The notes under the pieces were generated by a model that did not search any database, was not told where the DNA came from, and was given only the letters and a program-made list of their open reading frames with translations. The translations under genes and the position numbers were made by a program. Below, one piece after another: positions 31,565 through 42,331 of a DNA stretch of 64,000 bases. Position 1 is the stretch's first letter, and each line of letters opens with the position of its first letter. Source of the stretch: Dasania phycosphaerae (GTDB lineage: Bacteria > Pseudomonadota > Gammaproteobacteria > Pseudomonadales > Dasaniaceae); the NCBI RefSeq assembly GCF_026891035.1, contig NZ_JAPTGG010000008.1, positions 157,497-221,496 of the forward strand. Reading direction: 5' to 3'.

Positions 31565-32437
31565 TTATTTTTTGCCCCTAATATCCATAATTGGCATCGC
31601 GCCATCCCCCATCATTGTTGAGGGCAGCTTGCCATCCCAGGCTTGTGCCTCGGTTAGTTTTACGATTAAAGGGTTATTTTTTAGCGCTTTGGCTTTAGCC
31701 TCTATGGCTTGCGCCTCGGCCTTACCTTTCAGCAATATGGATTGCGCTTCAGCTTCGGCCACTTTTAATATGCCCTTGGCTTTGGCATCGGCGGTGTTAA
31801 CTGCTCGTAGCGCTTCTAGGCGCTGGCGCTCGAGTTTATGCTCTTCCGCTGCGGCTAAATTCTTTTCAGTTTGTTTGATTTCTATAGAGTTAATGTATTT
31901 TTGAGGCAATACAATATTTTCTATTTGTATATTATCCACTACCACAGGGAAACCGCCCATTTCCTCGGCTAAGCGCCGCTCTATACCTTGTATGGCTGAG
32001 GCTCTATCTTGTATTAGTTGTTCGGCTTCAAATTGGGGGATGGTATCTTTGGTGGCTGAGCGGAATCTTGGATCCAAGATGCGTTGCTCAAACTGAGTAA
32101 GGCCACCGTATTTTTTAAATAGATCCAGTGCTGCTTCTTTATTAACGGTCCAGTTTACTGAGACCTCAATGGTGACTGGCATTTGCTCTTTAGTGCTAGA
32201 GGCCATTTTTTCAGCATTTTTTCTGGTTCGTACCTCAATCATTTCTACTGTTTCAATGAAGGGGATTTTAAAGTGCAGGCCTGGGTTTTCTTGATGCATG
32301 GCCTCACCAAAACGTTTAATCACACCCACATGGCCTTCAATAACAATATAATAGGAATTGAGTACGGCAATAATGGCTAATACTAAAGGTATGGCTTTGG
32401 CGGCATTAAGCGCAGTGAGTTTTTCTTTGATGTTCAT
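31565..32437 (-). CDS. SPFH/band-7 (prohibitin/HflC-like) membrane protein
   Basis: 290 aa; N-terminal TM then band-7 domain and Ala/Lys/Glu coiled-coil C-terminus. Confidence 0.8.
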   Translation of the reverse strand: MNIKEKLTALNAAKAIPLVLAIIAVLNSYYIVIEGHVGVIKRFGEAMHQENPGLHFKIPFIETVEMIEVRTRKNAEKMASSTKEQMPVTIEVSVNWTVNKEAALDLFKKYGGLTQFEQRILDPRFRSATKDTIPQFEAEQLIQDRASAIQGIERRLAEEMGGFPVVVDNIQIENIVLPQKYINSIEIKQTEKNLAAAEEHKLERQRLEALRAVNTADAKAKGILKVAEAEAQSILLKGKAEAQAIEAKAKALKNNPLIVKLTEAQAWDGKLPSTMMGDGAMPIMDIRGKK

Positions 32438-32704
32438 AGCTGTCCTTGTGGTTTGTATGTAGTTGCTTTATTTAAAAGCCATTTTGCAGGTCGTATTTAG
32501 ATGGTTTATTAAATCATTCCATGGTGTGCTGTTTAGGCTATTAATATTTTAGGTAAAACTTTTATATCAGCCTTGATGAAATTTAGCCACGAAAAATAAT
32601 GTGAATATTACCGAGCTGGCCTTTGCTTAAAGGCTGCAGTGGCTGGATGCTAAATCAAGTTCAGCATGACGGGCTGCAATTAATATGGCGCTATAGCAGA
32701 AACA

Positions 32705-32730
32705 AAAATCCCCGTATAAACGGGGATTAG
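32705..32730 (-). terminator. Rho-independent terminator downstream of purC
   Basis: atccccg-tttatac-cggggat stem followed by TTTTTGTT on the minus strand. Confidence 0.7.
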
Positions 32731-32755
32731 CGCTGTGTAGTGCAAGTGGCTGTGG

Positions 32756-33859
32756 CTAGTCTATTAGTCCATACTGCTCACGCAATACTTCAATGATTTC
32801 TGCTTTAGGATTAGCCGATAGTTGTAATTTTTGACCGGTAATCTTTTCGGCAATACCGGTGTAGGTTTTGGATATGTCCATTAAGGCTGACTCGGGTAGC
32901 ACATTGTCTTTAGCCAGTGCGCTGCGTTCATCCATGCGGTCTTTGTTTAATAAAATATCGGGGTCGGGGAAGTGGTTTAATAAAAACTGCCTAAAGCCTT
33001 CTTTGGAGTTTTCTATAATATCACCCTGGCGATAAGCGGCGCCGTCCCAGATGCGTGAAGAGTCGGGTGTGCCCACTTCGTCCATGTAGATGAGTTTATC
33101 GTTGCCGTGGCTGTCACGCACATAGCCAAACTCAAATTTGGTGTCTACAAAGATTTGGTCTAGTGCGGCCAGCGCGTCGCTGATTACATTAAAGCCTTGT
33201 TTTAATAAGCGCTCGTAGTGGTCTATGTCAGCGATGTTTTTAAAATTAAAGGCCGCGTAGTTGTCGGCTATGTTTTGACGGCTGATGTTAACGTCATCGG
33301 CTTCGGGTACGCCGGGCAGGCCTTTTAATATGCCTTTGGTGGACGGGGTGATTAAAACATCATCCAATTTTTGATCTTTCTTTAAGCCTTCGGGTAAGGT
33401 AATGCCACAAAATTCGCGCTCGCCCTTGCTGTAGGCGCGCCACATAGAGCCGGTAATATATTGACGGCAGATGGCTTCTATCATTACCGGTTGCGCTTTT
33501 TGTACTATCCACACAAAGGGGTGGGGGATATCCAGTATGTGGCTATCGGCCAAGCCCTGCTCTTTAAATAATTTAAACCAGTGATTGGAAATGGCGTTTA
33601 AGGCTGCGCCTTTGCCGGGTACGCCATTAAGACCACCCTCACCGCGCCAAATACAATCAAAGGCCGAGATGCGGTCGCTAATCACCATAATCGCCAAGGG
33701 GGTATCGGCGGGCACTTGATAGCCTTTTTCAGCGATGAGGCGCTGGCTGTCGGTGGTGCTTAGCCAATACACCGAGCGCACTTTGCCGCTGTGTACGGGT
33801 TTATCAGTGCGTATGGGCAGGTCGTCGTTAATGGCTAATACAGTATCGGCTAGGCTCAT
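32756..33859 (-). CDS. purC: Phosphoribosylaminoimidazole-succinocarboxamide synthase (long, Vibrio-type PurC)
   Basis: ~367 aa from [12 protein letters not shown]; SAICAR-synthetase motifs ([21 protein letters not shown]). Confidence 0.88.
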   Translation of the reverse strand: MSLADTVLAINDDLPIRTDKPVHSGKVRSVYWLSTTDSQRLIAEKGYQVPADTPLAIMVISDRISAFDCIWRGEGGLNGVPGKGAALNAISNHWFKLFKEQGLADSHILDIPHPFVWIVQKAQPVMIEAICRQYITGSMWRAYSKGEREFCGITLPEGLKKDQKLDDVLITPSTKGILKGLPGVPEADDVNISRQNIADNYAAFNFKNIADIDHYERLLKQGFNVISDALAALDQIFVDTKFEFGYVRDSHGNDKLIYMDEVGTPDSSRIWDGAAYRQGDIIENSKEGFRQFLLNHFPDPDILLNKDRMDERSALAKDNVLPESALMDISKTYTGIAEKITGQKLQLSANPKAEIIEVLREQYGLID

Positions 33860-33935
33860 GGTACTCTCTGATGTTACTTCTTTTGGTAGGGGATTAGGGC
33901 GCAAATCATAGCAGATTACGCCTGTGGCGGCAGTG

Positions 33936-35519
33936 TCAATTTGGCGGTTGCGGCTTGTTATCTAGCAAGGCCAGGCTCTCATCAGCAAAGCCGCTACCGG
34001 CCTCGGTGAAAAAGTTAAAGACCTTATCTATACCCTGGCTAAGTAGTTTTTTCTGCTCATCTTCATAGCGGGCGATAGCGGCGATTTTACCTTTATACTT
34101 AACCGCGTTTAGTTGCTGGGTAACATTGGCGCTGTCTTCTATAGTGGGCAGTGATAGTAAAATCAGCTTTATTTTACTGATATCGAGTTTTTCCCAAAGG
34201 TCGGCATCTTCGCCATCACCGGCAAACACATGCATGCCTTTCTTTTTAAGGCCGCGTATACGACTCTGGTCTGCGTCCATGCCCCACACCTTATCGCCTA
34301 AGCGGCTATGCAGGGCCTGGTAGGCACCTTTGCCTACTCGTCCTAGGCCTATAACCAGTATTTCGGCATCTTTAGGTTGTATATAACGATCACTGGCTAA
34401 AGGCGTTTTGGATTCTAGGCGTTTAATCAGGGTCTTATGTTTGCCGTAGAACCGGTGAGCACCACGATAGAGTATGCTGGTAATTACAAAAGAAAAGGAT
34501 GTGGATAGGGCTAAAATCACCAGCCACTCTTTGCTTATCCAATTAGCATTGGCCCCTAGGGCTACAACGATAAGGCCAAATTCACTAAAGTTACTTAGCG
34601 CCAGCGCGGTTAAGTAGGCAGTACGTGCTCTTAACTTTAGTTTTATAAAGACAGCAAAAAACAATAAAAACTTCAGTACTAGTAATAGGCAGATCAGTGC
34701 GGCGATGGAAATCATCTCTAGGTCGGGCAGGGCAATAAAGCCAATAGAGAGGAAAAAACCGATTAAAAATAAATCCCTAAAGTTCATCAGGGATTTGTTC
34801 AGTTCTGAGGCCGCAGCGTGGTGGCTGAGCAACATGCCAAACAGCAGTGCGCCTAGGTCACCTTTAAGCTGCAGGGCCTCAAATAACTGGTAGCCCCCTA
34901 GGGCAATACAAAAGCCGGTTAAAGGTAGCAGCTCACTGTGGCCTATATTGTTGAGCAGGCGGTTAATTATTGGCCGTACAAATACTAAGGCGATTAGCCC
35001 CACCGCATACTCAGAGGGGACTTTACCGGCACTGACGGCTAAAAAGATAACCGCGATAATATCCTGCATAACCAGCACGCCCATGGCGAGCTTGCCGTGG
35101 CGGGTTTTAATTTCGCCGCTTTCTTCTAATAACTTTATTGCACACACGGTGCTGCTAAAGCTAAAGGCAAAAGCGAGCAGGGCGGCAGCGCCGGGTTCTA
35201 GCTCGGTAAAATAGGGGGCTGATAGCAGGCCGATAAATAAAATAATACCGGTGGCCAAAGCCGTCCACAGGCTCATATGGCTAATCGAACCTATCCAAAC
35301 CTCACGTTTAAATAAATCCTGCAGATGGATTTTTAAGCCTATGGTAAACAGCATTAGGGTAATGCCCATATTGGCGAGGCTGGTTAAGCTGTCGTTAGGC
35401 TGTATGCCCATGGCATTTAGGATAAAGCCGGCAATCAGGTAGCCTACCAGTGGCGGCAGGCCGATAAGCTTGGTGCTTAAACCGCAGGCAAAGGCGATTA
35501 ATATCCAAATAAATTCCAT
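33936..35519 (-). CDS. CPA2-family monovalent cation:proton antiporter with C-terminal TrkA-N/RCK domain (YbaL/KefB-like)
   Basis: 527 aa; ~12 TM Na/H-exchanger domain then Rossmann-type RCK domain ([14 protein letters not shown]). Confidence 0.85.
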   Translation of the reverse strand: MEFIWILIAFACGLSTKLIGLPPLVGYLIAGFILNAMGIQPNDSLTSLANMGITLMLFTIGLKIHLQDLFKREVWIGSISHMSLWTALATGIILFIGLLSAPYFTELEPGAAALLAFAFSFSSTVCAIKLLEESGEIKTRHGKLAMGVLVMQDIIAVIFLAVSAGKVPSEYAVGLIALVFVRPIINRLLNNIGHSELLPLTGFCIALGGYQLFEALQLKGDLGALLFGMLLSHHAAASELNKSLMNFRDLFLIGFFLSIGFIALPDLEMISIAALICLLLVLKFLLFFAVFIKLKLRARTAYLTALALSNFSEFGLIVVALGANANWISKEWLVILALSTSFSFVITSILYRGAHRFYGKHKTLIKRLESKTPLASDRYIQPKDAEILVIGLGRVGKGAYQALHSRLGDKVWGMDADQSRIRGLKKKGMHVFAGDGEDADLWEKLDISKIKLILLSLPTIEDSANVTQQLNAVKYKGKIAAIARYEDEQKKLLSQGIDKVFNFFTEAGSGFADESLALLDNKPQPPN

Positions 35520-35645
35520 AGCAGAGCTGCTCGCGAATATGAAAAAGAGCTTAGTTTACCGCCTAGCAGAGCTAAGAGCTATGTTGATGTTTAACCCACA
35601 TCCACTTATCTGTATCATGGCCGCTCAATTTTTTTGGATGTGATT

Positions 35646-36419
35646 ATGAAAGTTATTACCGCCAACGCTAATGGTATTAGGGCAGCGGCCCGCAAAGGTT
35701 TTTTTGAGTGGCTGGCTAAAGAGCAAGCCGATGTGGTTTGCATACAAGAGACCAAGGCACAGGTAGACCAGCTCAGTGATCCTATATTTCACCCCGAAGG
35801 CTATCACTGCTATTACTACGACGCTGAAAAGAAAGGCTATAGCGGTGTAGCACTGTACTGCAAAAAGAAGCCCAATAAAGTCATTAAAGGCTTGGGCTGG
35901 GACCCAGCGGATTCAGAAGGGCGCTATATACAAGCCGATTTTGATGGGGTGAGTGTTATCTCTATGTACCTGCCCTCAGGCTCTAGCAGCGAAGCTGTGC
36001 AGATTAAAAAAGATGGTTTCCTAGAAAATATTATGGAACACTTCAAAGCGCTGCGTCGTAAGCGCCGTGAGTATATTATTTGTGCTGATTGGAATATTTG
36101 CCATAAAGAGATAGACCTAAAAAACTGGAAACCGAATCAAAAGAACTCCGGCTTTTTACCCCACGAGCGCGCCTGGTTAGATACCCTGTATAACGAAGTA
36201 GGCTATGTAGATGCCTTTAGGGAGATCAATCAAGAACCAGAGCAATACACCTGGTGGTCTAATCGCGGCCAGGCCTGGGCTAAGAACGTGGGCTGGCGCA
36301 TAGATTACCATGTGATTACCCCCGGCTTGGTGGATAAAATACAGTCAGCATCCATATACAAAGAAGAGCGTTTTTCAGATCACGCGCCCTTTATTATGGA
36401 ATACGACATAGAGTACTAA
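35646..36419 (+). CDS. xthA: Exodeoxyribonuclease III
   Basis: ~258 aa from MKVITANANGIRAA; EEP-fold motifs (CIQETK, DHAPF). Confidence 0.9.
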   Translation: MKVITANANGIRAAARKGFFEWLAKEQADVVCIQETKAQVDQLSDPIFHPEGYHCYYYDAEKKGYSGVALYCKKKPNKVIKGLGWDPADSEGRYIQADFDGVSVISMYLPSGSSSEAVQIKKDGFLENIMEHFKALRRKRREYIICADWNICHKEIDLKNWKPNQKNSGFLPHERAWLDTLYNEVGYVDAFREINQEPEQYTWWSNRGQAWAKNVGWRIDYHVITPGLVDKIQSASIYKEERFSDHAPFIMEYDIEY

Positions 36420-36550
36420 CAGCAGCGCGCACAGGTGATTGCCTAGGCGCTAGTAAAAGCGTTACAGTATGCGGCGATTTAGCCCGGTGGCGTAGGCCTA
36501 AGGTAATGCCGCTTTTGGTTAAACATTAAACAGTTTATAAGGTTAACAGT

Positions 36551-36880
36551 ATGGATTTTATTTCTCAGGCTCACGCACAAGCAGCAGGCCAAGCTCCATC
36601 CGATGGCGGCATTATTCAATTGGTAATGCTAGTGGGTTTATTTGTGATGTTTTACTTTATCGCTATACGCCCCCAGCGTAAGCGCCAAAAAGAGCATACC
36701 GAAATGGTCAACGCGCTGGGTAAAGGCGATGAAGTGGTAACTACCAGTGGCATTTTGGGCAAGATTGTTAAAATTGAAGGCGATTATCTGCTACTCAATG
36801 TTAGCGATAATGTCGATCTTAAGTTTCAACGCCACTCTATACATGCGGTATTACCTAAGGGTACTTTGAAGAGTATCTAA
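36551..36880 (+). CDS. yajC: Preprotein translocase subunit YajC
   Basis: 109 aa; single TM then RPQRKRQKEH...GDEVVTTSGILGKIVKIEGDYLLLNV, classic YajC; not adjacent to secDF or tgt here. Confidence 0.88.
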   Translation: MDFISQAHAQAAGQAPSDGGIIQLVMLVGLFVMFYFIAIRPQRKRQKEHTEMVNALGKGDEVVTTSGILGKIVKIEGDYLLLNVSDNVDLKFQRHSIHAVLPKGTLKSI

Positions 36881-36901
36881 GTAGGTTCTATAGATTGTGT
36901 G

Positions 36902-36930
36902 AGCGGCGACTTTTTAGTCGCCGTTTTTGC
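36902..36930 (+). terminator. Rho-independent terminator after yajC
   Basis: ggcgac-ttttta-gtcgcc stem followed by GTTTTTG. Confidence 0.75.
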
Positions 36931-37042
36931 TTAAAACACAGTCGCTAGATGGCTAGTCTCTAGTTAATGGTCGCTGGTGTTTGTATTTTTACGAGAGCGG
37001 CCCAATACTCTAGAGACTAGAGACTGCAACATAAGGATTACC

Positions 37043-37945
37043 ATGCCACAGGGCGCAAACGATAAGCTGGTTATTTCTATCTCCTCCAGAGCCTTATTCA
37101 ATCTGGACGACAGCCATTTGGTGTACCAGCAGCAGGGCTTGGCAGCCTATCAGCAATATCAAATCGAGCACGAGGATGATGTGCTAGAGCCCGGTGAGGC
37201 TTTTCCCTTGGTGCGAAAATTACTGGCGATTAATAGCAAGCTAGAGGGTGAGCCGCGGGTAGAAGTGATACTGCTATCGCGTAACAGTGCCGATACCGGC
37301 CTGCGGGTGTTTAACTCCATAGAGCATTACGGCTTGGACATTAGCCGTGCCGCCTTTAGCGGTGGCCAAAGCCCATATCGCTATGTGTCAGCCTTTGGCT
37401 GCCATTTGTTTTTATCCACCGATGCCGGTGATGTGCGCTCAGCACTGGAGAACGGGGTGGCAGCGGCTACCTTGATGCCTTCACCACAGCGGGTATACGA
37501 TGCCGAAGCCCCGTTAAAATTTGCCTTTGATGGTGATGCCGTGCTGTTTTCTGACGAGGCCGAGCAAATCTACAAGCATCAAGGTCTAGACGCCTTTACC
37601 GTAAGCGAGCGAGCCGCCGCTAAAACGCCGTTAACCGGTGGGCCTTTTAAGGCCTTTTTATCGGCCCTGCATGGCCTGCAGGCAGAGTTCCCGCCTGAGG
37701 ATTCTCCCATACGCACAGCCTTGGTTACTGCCAGGTCAGCCCCGGCCCATGAAAGGGTGATACGCACCCTGCGCAGCTGGAATATACGTATAGATGAATC
37801 ACTGTTTTTAGGGGGCTTACCTAAGGGTGACTTTTTAAAAGCCTATGGCGCCGATGTGTTTTTTGATGACCAGCAAGCCCATTGCGACTCCGCCAGCCAG
37901 CACGTGGCCACAGGCCATGTGCCACACGGGGTGGCCAATCCCTAG
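37043..37945 (+). CDS. 5'-nucleotidase (cN-IA-like, Pfam 5-nucleotidase family)
   Basis: ~300 aa from MPQGANDKLVISISSRALFNLDD; the ISISSRALF...GAYQQY opening is characteristic of this bacterial 5'-nucleotidase family. Confidence 0.7.
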   Translation: MPQGANDKLVISISSRALFNLDDSHLVYQQQGLAAYQQYQIEHEDDVLEPGEAFPLVRKLLAINSKLEGEPRVEVILLSRNSADTGLRVFNSIEHYGLDISRAAFSGGQSPYRYVSAFGCHLFLSTDAGDVRSALENGVAAATLMPSPQRVYDAEAPLKFAFDGDAVLFSDEAEQIYKHQGLDAFTVSERAAAKTPLTGGPFKAFLSALHGLQAEFPPEDSPIRTALVTARSAPAHERVIRTLRSWNIRIDESLFLGGLPKGDFLKAYGADVFFDDQQAHCDSASQHVATGHVPHGVANP

Positions 37946-38109
37946 GCTTAAAGCTATGCCTCAGTTCATATCTAGAACAAATAGAAACTTTTGGGCAATT
38001 ATTAGGCGAAATTAGTTATATGGGCTATGTTTTAAAGGTCGTAACCGTATCCGTTTACTAAAACAATAAGTAATAACAAGATAAGCAATAAAACAAGGCG
38101 AGTTAGTAA

Positions 38110-39126
<1,017 letters not shown>

Positions 39127-39148
39127 GCTGCTATTCAACAACTAGTCC

Positions 39149-39175
39149 AAGCCGCACATGTTGCGGCTTTTTTAT
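39149..39175 (+). terminator. Rho-independent terminator after cysB
   Basis: gccgca-catgt-tgcggc stem followed by TTTTTTAT. Confidence 0.8.
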
Positions 39176-39219
39176 GTGCAGCTAAAAACCGTCCGCTGCT
39201 TGTGCATCGTGCAAACCAG

Positions 39220-39650
39220 CCAGCAGTCACTCCAAACTTGATTTGGGGTCCATGGCCAGTGTGCGTATTAGAGCGACACTTAATAGATTCCGGCTAAAGA
39301 CATGCCGGAATGACGGGATGGAAATAACAGCTTGGTGCACAGTCTGTCAGCACATCTCCCCAAACTTGATTTGGGGTCCATAGACTAAGTAGGTGTTTGG
39401 AGTGGCGCTTAATAGATTCCGGCTAAGGACATACCGGAATGACGGGATTGAAATAACAGCTTGGTGCACAGTCTGTCAGCACATCTCCCCAAACTTGATT
39501 TGGGGTCCATAGACTAAGTAGGTGTTTGGAGTAGCGCTTAATAGATTCCGGCTAAGGACATACCGGAATGACGGGATTGAAATAACAGCTTGGTGCACAG
39601 TCCGTCAGCACATCTCCCCAAACTTGATTTGGGGTCCATAAGCTGTGGCA
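39220..39650. repeat. Tandem array A of a ~129-bp structured repeat (about 3.4 units)
   Basis: Units recur with period 128-130 bp (hairpin ccccaaacttgatttgggg at 39357, 39487, 39616; first unit degenerate); units 2 and 3 differ at only two positions; each unit carries two conserved hairpins (ccccaaa-cttga-tttgggg and attccgg-ctaaggacata-ccggaat). Confidence 0.9.
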
Positions 39651-39796
39651 ATAGCAGCGACTGAGGGAGTTGAGCCCAAGCTATATCTTAAGCAACGAGC
39701 TATGGGCTATTTACCTGGCCTCAGGCCATAGCTGAGTTGCAGCAGGGGTGGTAGAATCAGCGCCTTTTACAGCCATGCAAGCCTTTAGGAGTCCAC

Positions 39797-40414
39797 GTGG
39801 AAATAGCCTGTTTAGATTTGGAAGGGGTATTAATCCCTGAGATTTGGATTAACTTTGCCGAAAAAACCGGCATAGAAGAACTCAAAGCCACAACCCGAGA
39901 TGTACCCGATTACGATGTATTAATGAAACAACGTTTACGCATCTTAAACGAGCACGGTTATGGCTTGCCCGATATACAGGCGGTAATCAGCGAATTATCT
40001 CCTATGGAAGGGGCTGCAGAGTTTTTAAACTGGCTGCGTGAGCGTTTTCAAGTGGTAATTTTATCCGACACCTTTTACGAATTCGGTATGCCCTTTATGA
40101 AGCAGCTGGGTTACCCCACCTTGTTGTGTCACAAGCTAGAGGTGGATGAAAACGGCAAGGTTACCGACTACAAACTGCGCCAGGCCAACCCCAAGCGCCA
40201 AGCCGTAATAGGTTTTCACTCCATGTACTATCGCACCATAGCGACTGGTGACTCTTACAACGACACCGCCATGTTAGCCGAAGCCGATGCTGGTATTTTA
40301 TTTAAATCACCGGACAATGTGATTGCTGAGTTCCCACAGTACCCAGCCGTACATACTTACGAAGATTTGAAAAAAGAATTTATCAAAGCCAGTAATCGCG
40401 ACCTTAGCCTGTAA
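39797..40414 (+). CDS. thrH: HAD-family phosphoserine phosphatase / homoserine phosphotransferase ThrH
   Basis: 205 aa, same length as P. aeruginosa ThrH and collinear pattern (MEIACLDLEGVL.PEIWI.FAEKTGI..L.ATTRD.PDYDVLMKQRL); GTG start; flanked on both sides by the tandem repeat arrays. Confidence 0.85.
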   Translation: MEIACLDLEGVLIPEIWINFAEKTGIEELKATTRDVPDYDVLMKQRLRILNEHGYGLPDIQAVISELSPMEGAAEFLNWLRERFQVVILSDTFYEFGMPFMKQLGYPTLLCHKLEVDENGKVTDYKLRQANPKRQAVIGFHSMYYRTIATGDSYNDTAMLAEADAGILFKSPDNVIAEFPQYPAVHTYEDLKKEFIKASNRDLSL

Positions 40415-40436
40415 TAAGCTAGGTTAAGACGAAATA

Positions 40437-40474
40437 AAACGGCGCACTCATCACCATGGGGCGCCGTTTTTTTA
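40437..40474 (+). terminator. Rho-independent terminator after thrH
   Basis: aacggcgc ... gcgccgtt stem followed by TTTTTTTAT. Confidence 0.75.
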
Positions 40475-40496
40475 TGGGGTTGCGATTAGCAGTACA

Positions 40497-40806
40497 ACCC
40501 CGCAGCACGTCACCCCAAACTTGATTTGTGGTCCAAAGGCCGCGCAGGCTTGTACTTGGGCGCTAATGGATTCCGGCTAACAGCATACCGGAATGACGAG
40601 TGGCGAATAAATGAATGCTTCAGTCATCAATAAGTAAAAATGAAAAGGCGTTGCGGCCAACAAACCGCGACAGTGACAGAACCGTAGCACCACCCCCGCA
40701 GCACGTCACCCCAAACTTGATTTGGGGTCCATAGGCTACGCAGGCTTGTACTTCGGCGTTAATAGATTACGGCTAAGGGCATGCCGGAATGACGAAGCGT
40801 CATGGC
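40497..40806. repeat. Array B: two copies of the same structured repeat family separated by ~90 bp
   Basis: Two units containing gtcaccccaaacttgattt(g/t)gggtcca and (g)attccggctaa-cagcat/gggcat-(a/g)ccggaatgacg at ~40502-40600 and ~40696-40805. Confidence 0.85.
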
Positions 40807-41012
40807 TCTAGACGAAGCATACAGTGCCAGCGCCCAAGAAACATGATCAACAAAGCCATGTATTAGCGCTATAAAAACACCAGTAATTACGGTTAAAATC
40901 CGTCGTGCTGATATCGGGTCGTTAATAACAGCCCTGCACACTAAGCAGCATTACACAATAATTGATTATTCATATAGTCACCAACAAGCTAAGCAAGCGG
41001 GCACAAAACCTT

Positions 41013-42293
41013 ATGTATAAACTACTAAAAACACCCGGCGCCATTTTTTATGTGCTTGCTTTATTTCTTAATGCCTTTATAGATTTAGGCCATAAAATCA
41101 TTATTCAAAACACCCTGTTTAAAGCCTACGATGGCCAAGAGCAGGTGATATACACCGCTATAGTCAATGCCCTGATTCTTTTGCCATTTATTTTATTGCT
41201 GTCGCCAGTAGGCTTTATTGCTGATAAATACCCCAAACATCAAGTGATGCGTTTCTCGGCATGGCTGGCTGTGGTGGTGACTTTATTTATCACAGCTTGT
41301 TATTACCTGGGCTGGTTTTGGCAGGCCTTCGCCTTAACGTTTGTGTTGGCTATACAGTCGGCATTTTATTCGCCGGCAAAATACGGTTACATCAAATTTT
41401 TATTTGGGGTAGAGCGCTTGGTGCCGGGCAACGGTTTAGTGCAGGCGGTCACTATAGTTGCCATTTTAGCGGGTACCGTGGTGTACTCTTTGTTTTTTGA
41501 AATGCTTTATCCCGCTGGCGTAGTCGACCCAAAAGTGATTTTACAACATATAGCGGTTATCGGCTGGTTGCTGGTGATTAATGCCATTTTTGAGCTAATC
41601 ATGACGTATAAGCTGCCACAGTTAGAGCAGGGCGACCCTGAAAAAACCTTCCCCGTTAAAGCTTATCTGCAAGGCCGGTTAATGCGCCAGCTGGCTGCAC
41701 TGGTTTGCAAAAAATCGATTATCATCTGGGCTATTATTGGCCTGGCTTTATTTTGGTCGGTGGGGCAGGTGATGCTGGCGGCGTTCCCTGCCTATGCCAA
41801 GGCGCAGTACGGGGTAAGCAATACCTTAGTCATACAAGCGGTATTAGGTTGTGCCGGTTTAGGTATAGTGTTGGGCTCGTGGCTAGCGGCAAAATTATCG
41901 ATCAATCAAATACGCATAGTTTTAATCCCTATAGGTGCTATAGGGGTGGCGCTATGCCTCAGCGTATTAACCTTTGCCGGCTCTATAGTTTTATCCGCTG
42001 TATTATTTGTCGGTGTCGGCGCTATGGGCGGTTTAATGATTGCGCCACTTAATGCGCTGATACAATTTCACAGCCAAGAGCATGAGCTGGGCCACGTGCT
42101 GGCCATGAATAACTGGCTGCAAAACGTCGCCATGGCCAGCTTTTTAGGCTTAACTGTCTGGTTTGCTGTGCAGGGCTATAGCAGTGAGTTGTTATTGCAG
42201 TTGATTGCTATATTGGCTTTGCTGGCTAGTACTTTGCTATTGTTTTATTTCTTTTATAAAAATAACAAGCAGCGTGTACAGCGAAAGCAATAG
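41013..42293 (+). CDS. MFS transporter (12-TM; possibly lysophospholipid-transporter LplT-like)
   Basis: ~426 aa from MYKLLKTPGAIFYVLALFLNAF; MFS hydrophobicity pattern; family assignment tentative. Confidence 0.7.
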   Translation: MYKLLKTPGAIFYVLALFLNAFIDLGHKIIIQNTLFKAYDGQEQVIYTAIVNALILLPFILLLSPVGFIADKYPKHQVMRFSAWLAVVVTLFITACYYLGWFWQAFALTFVLAIQSAFYSPAKYGYIKFLFGVERLVPGNGLVQAVTIVAILAGTVVYSLFFEMLYPAGVVDPKVILQHIAVIGWLLVINAIFELIMTYKLPQLEQGDPEKTFPVKAYLQGRLMRQLAALVCKKSIIIWAIIGLALFWSVGQVMLAAFPAYAKAQYGVSNTLVIQAVLGCAGLGIVLGSWLAAKLSINQIRIVLIPIGAIGVALCLSVLTFAGSIVLSAVLFVGVGAMGGLMIAPLNALIQFHSQEHELGHVLAMNNWLQNVAMASFLGLTVWFAVQGYSSELLLQLIAILALLASTLLLFYFFYKNNKQRVQRKQ

Positions 42294-42331
42294 GCTGATG
42301 TTTTTATATCCCTAGCCCCAAACTTTACGCT

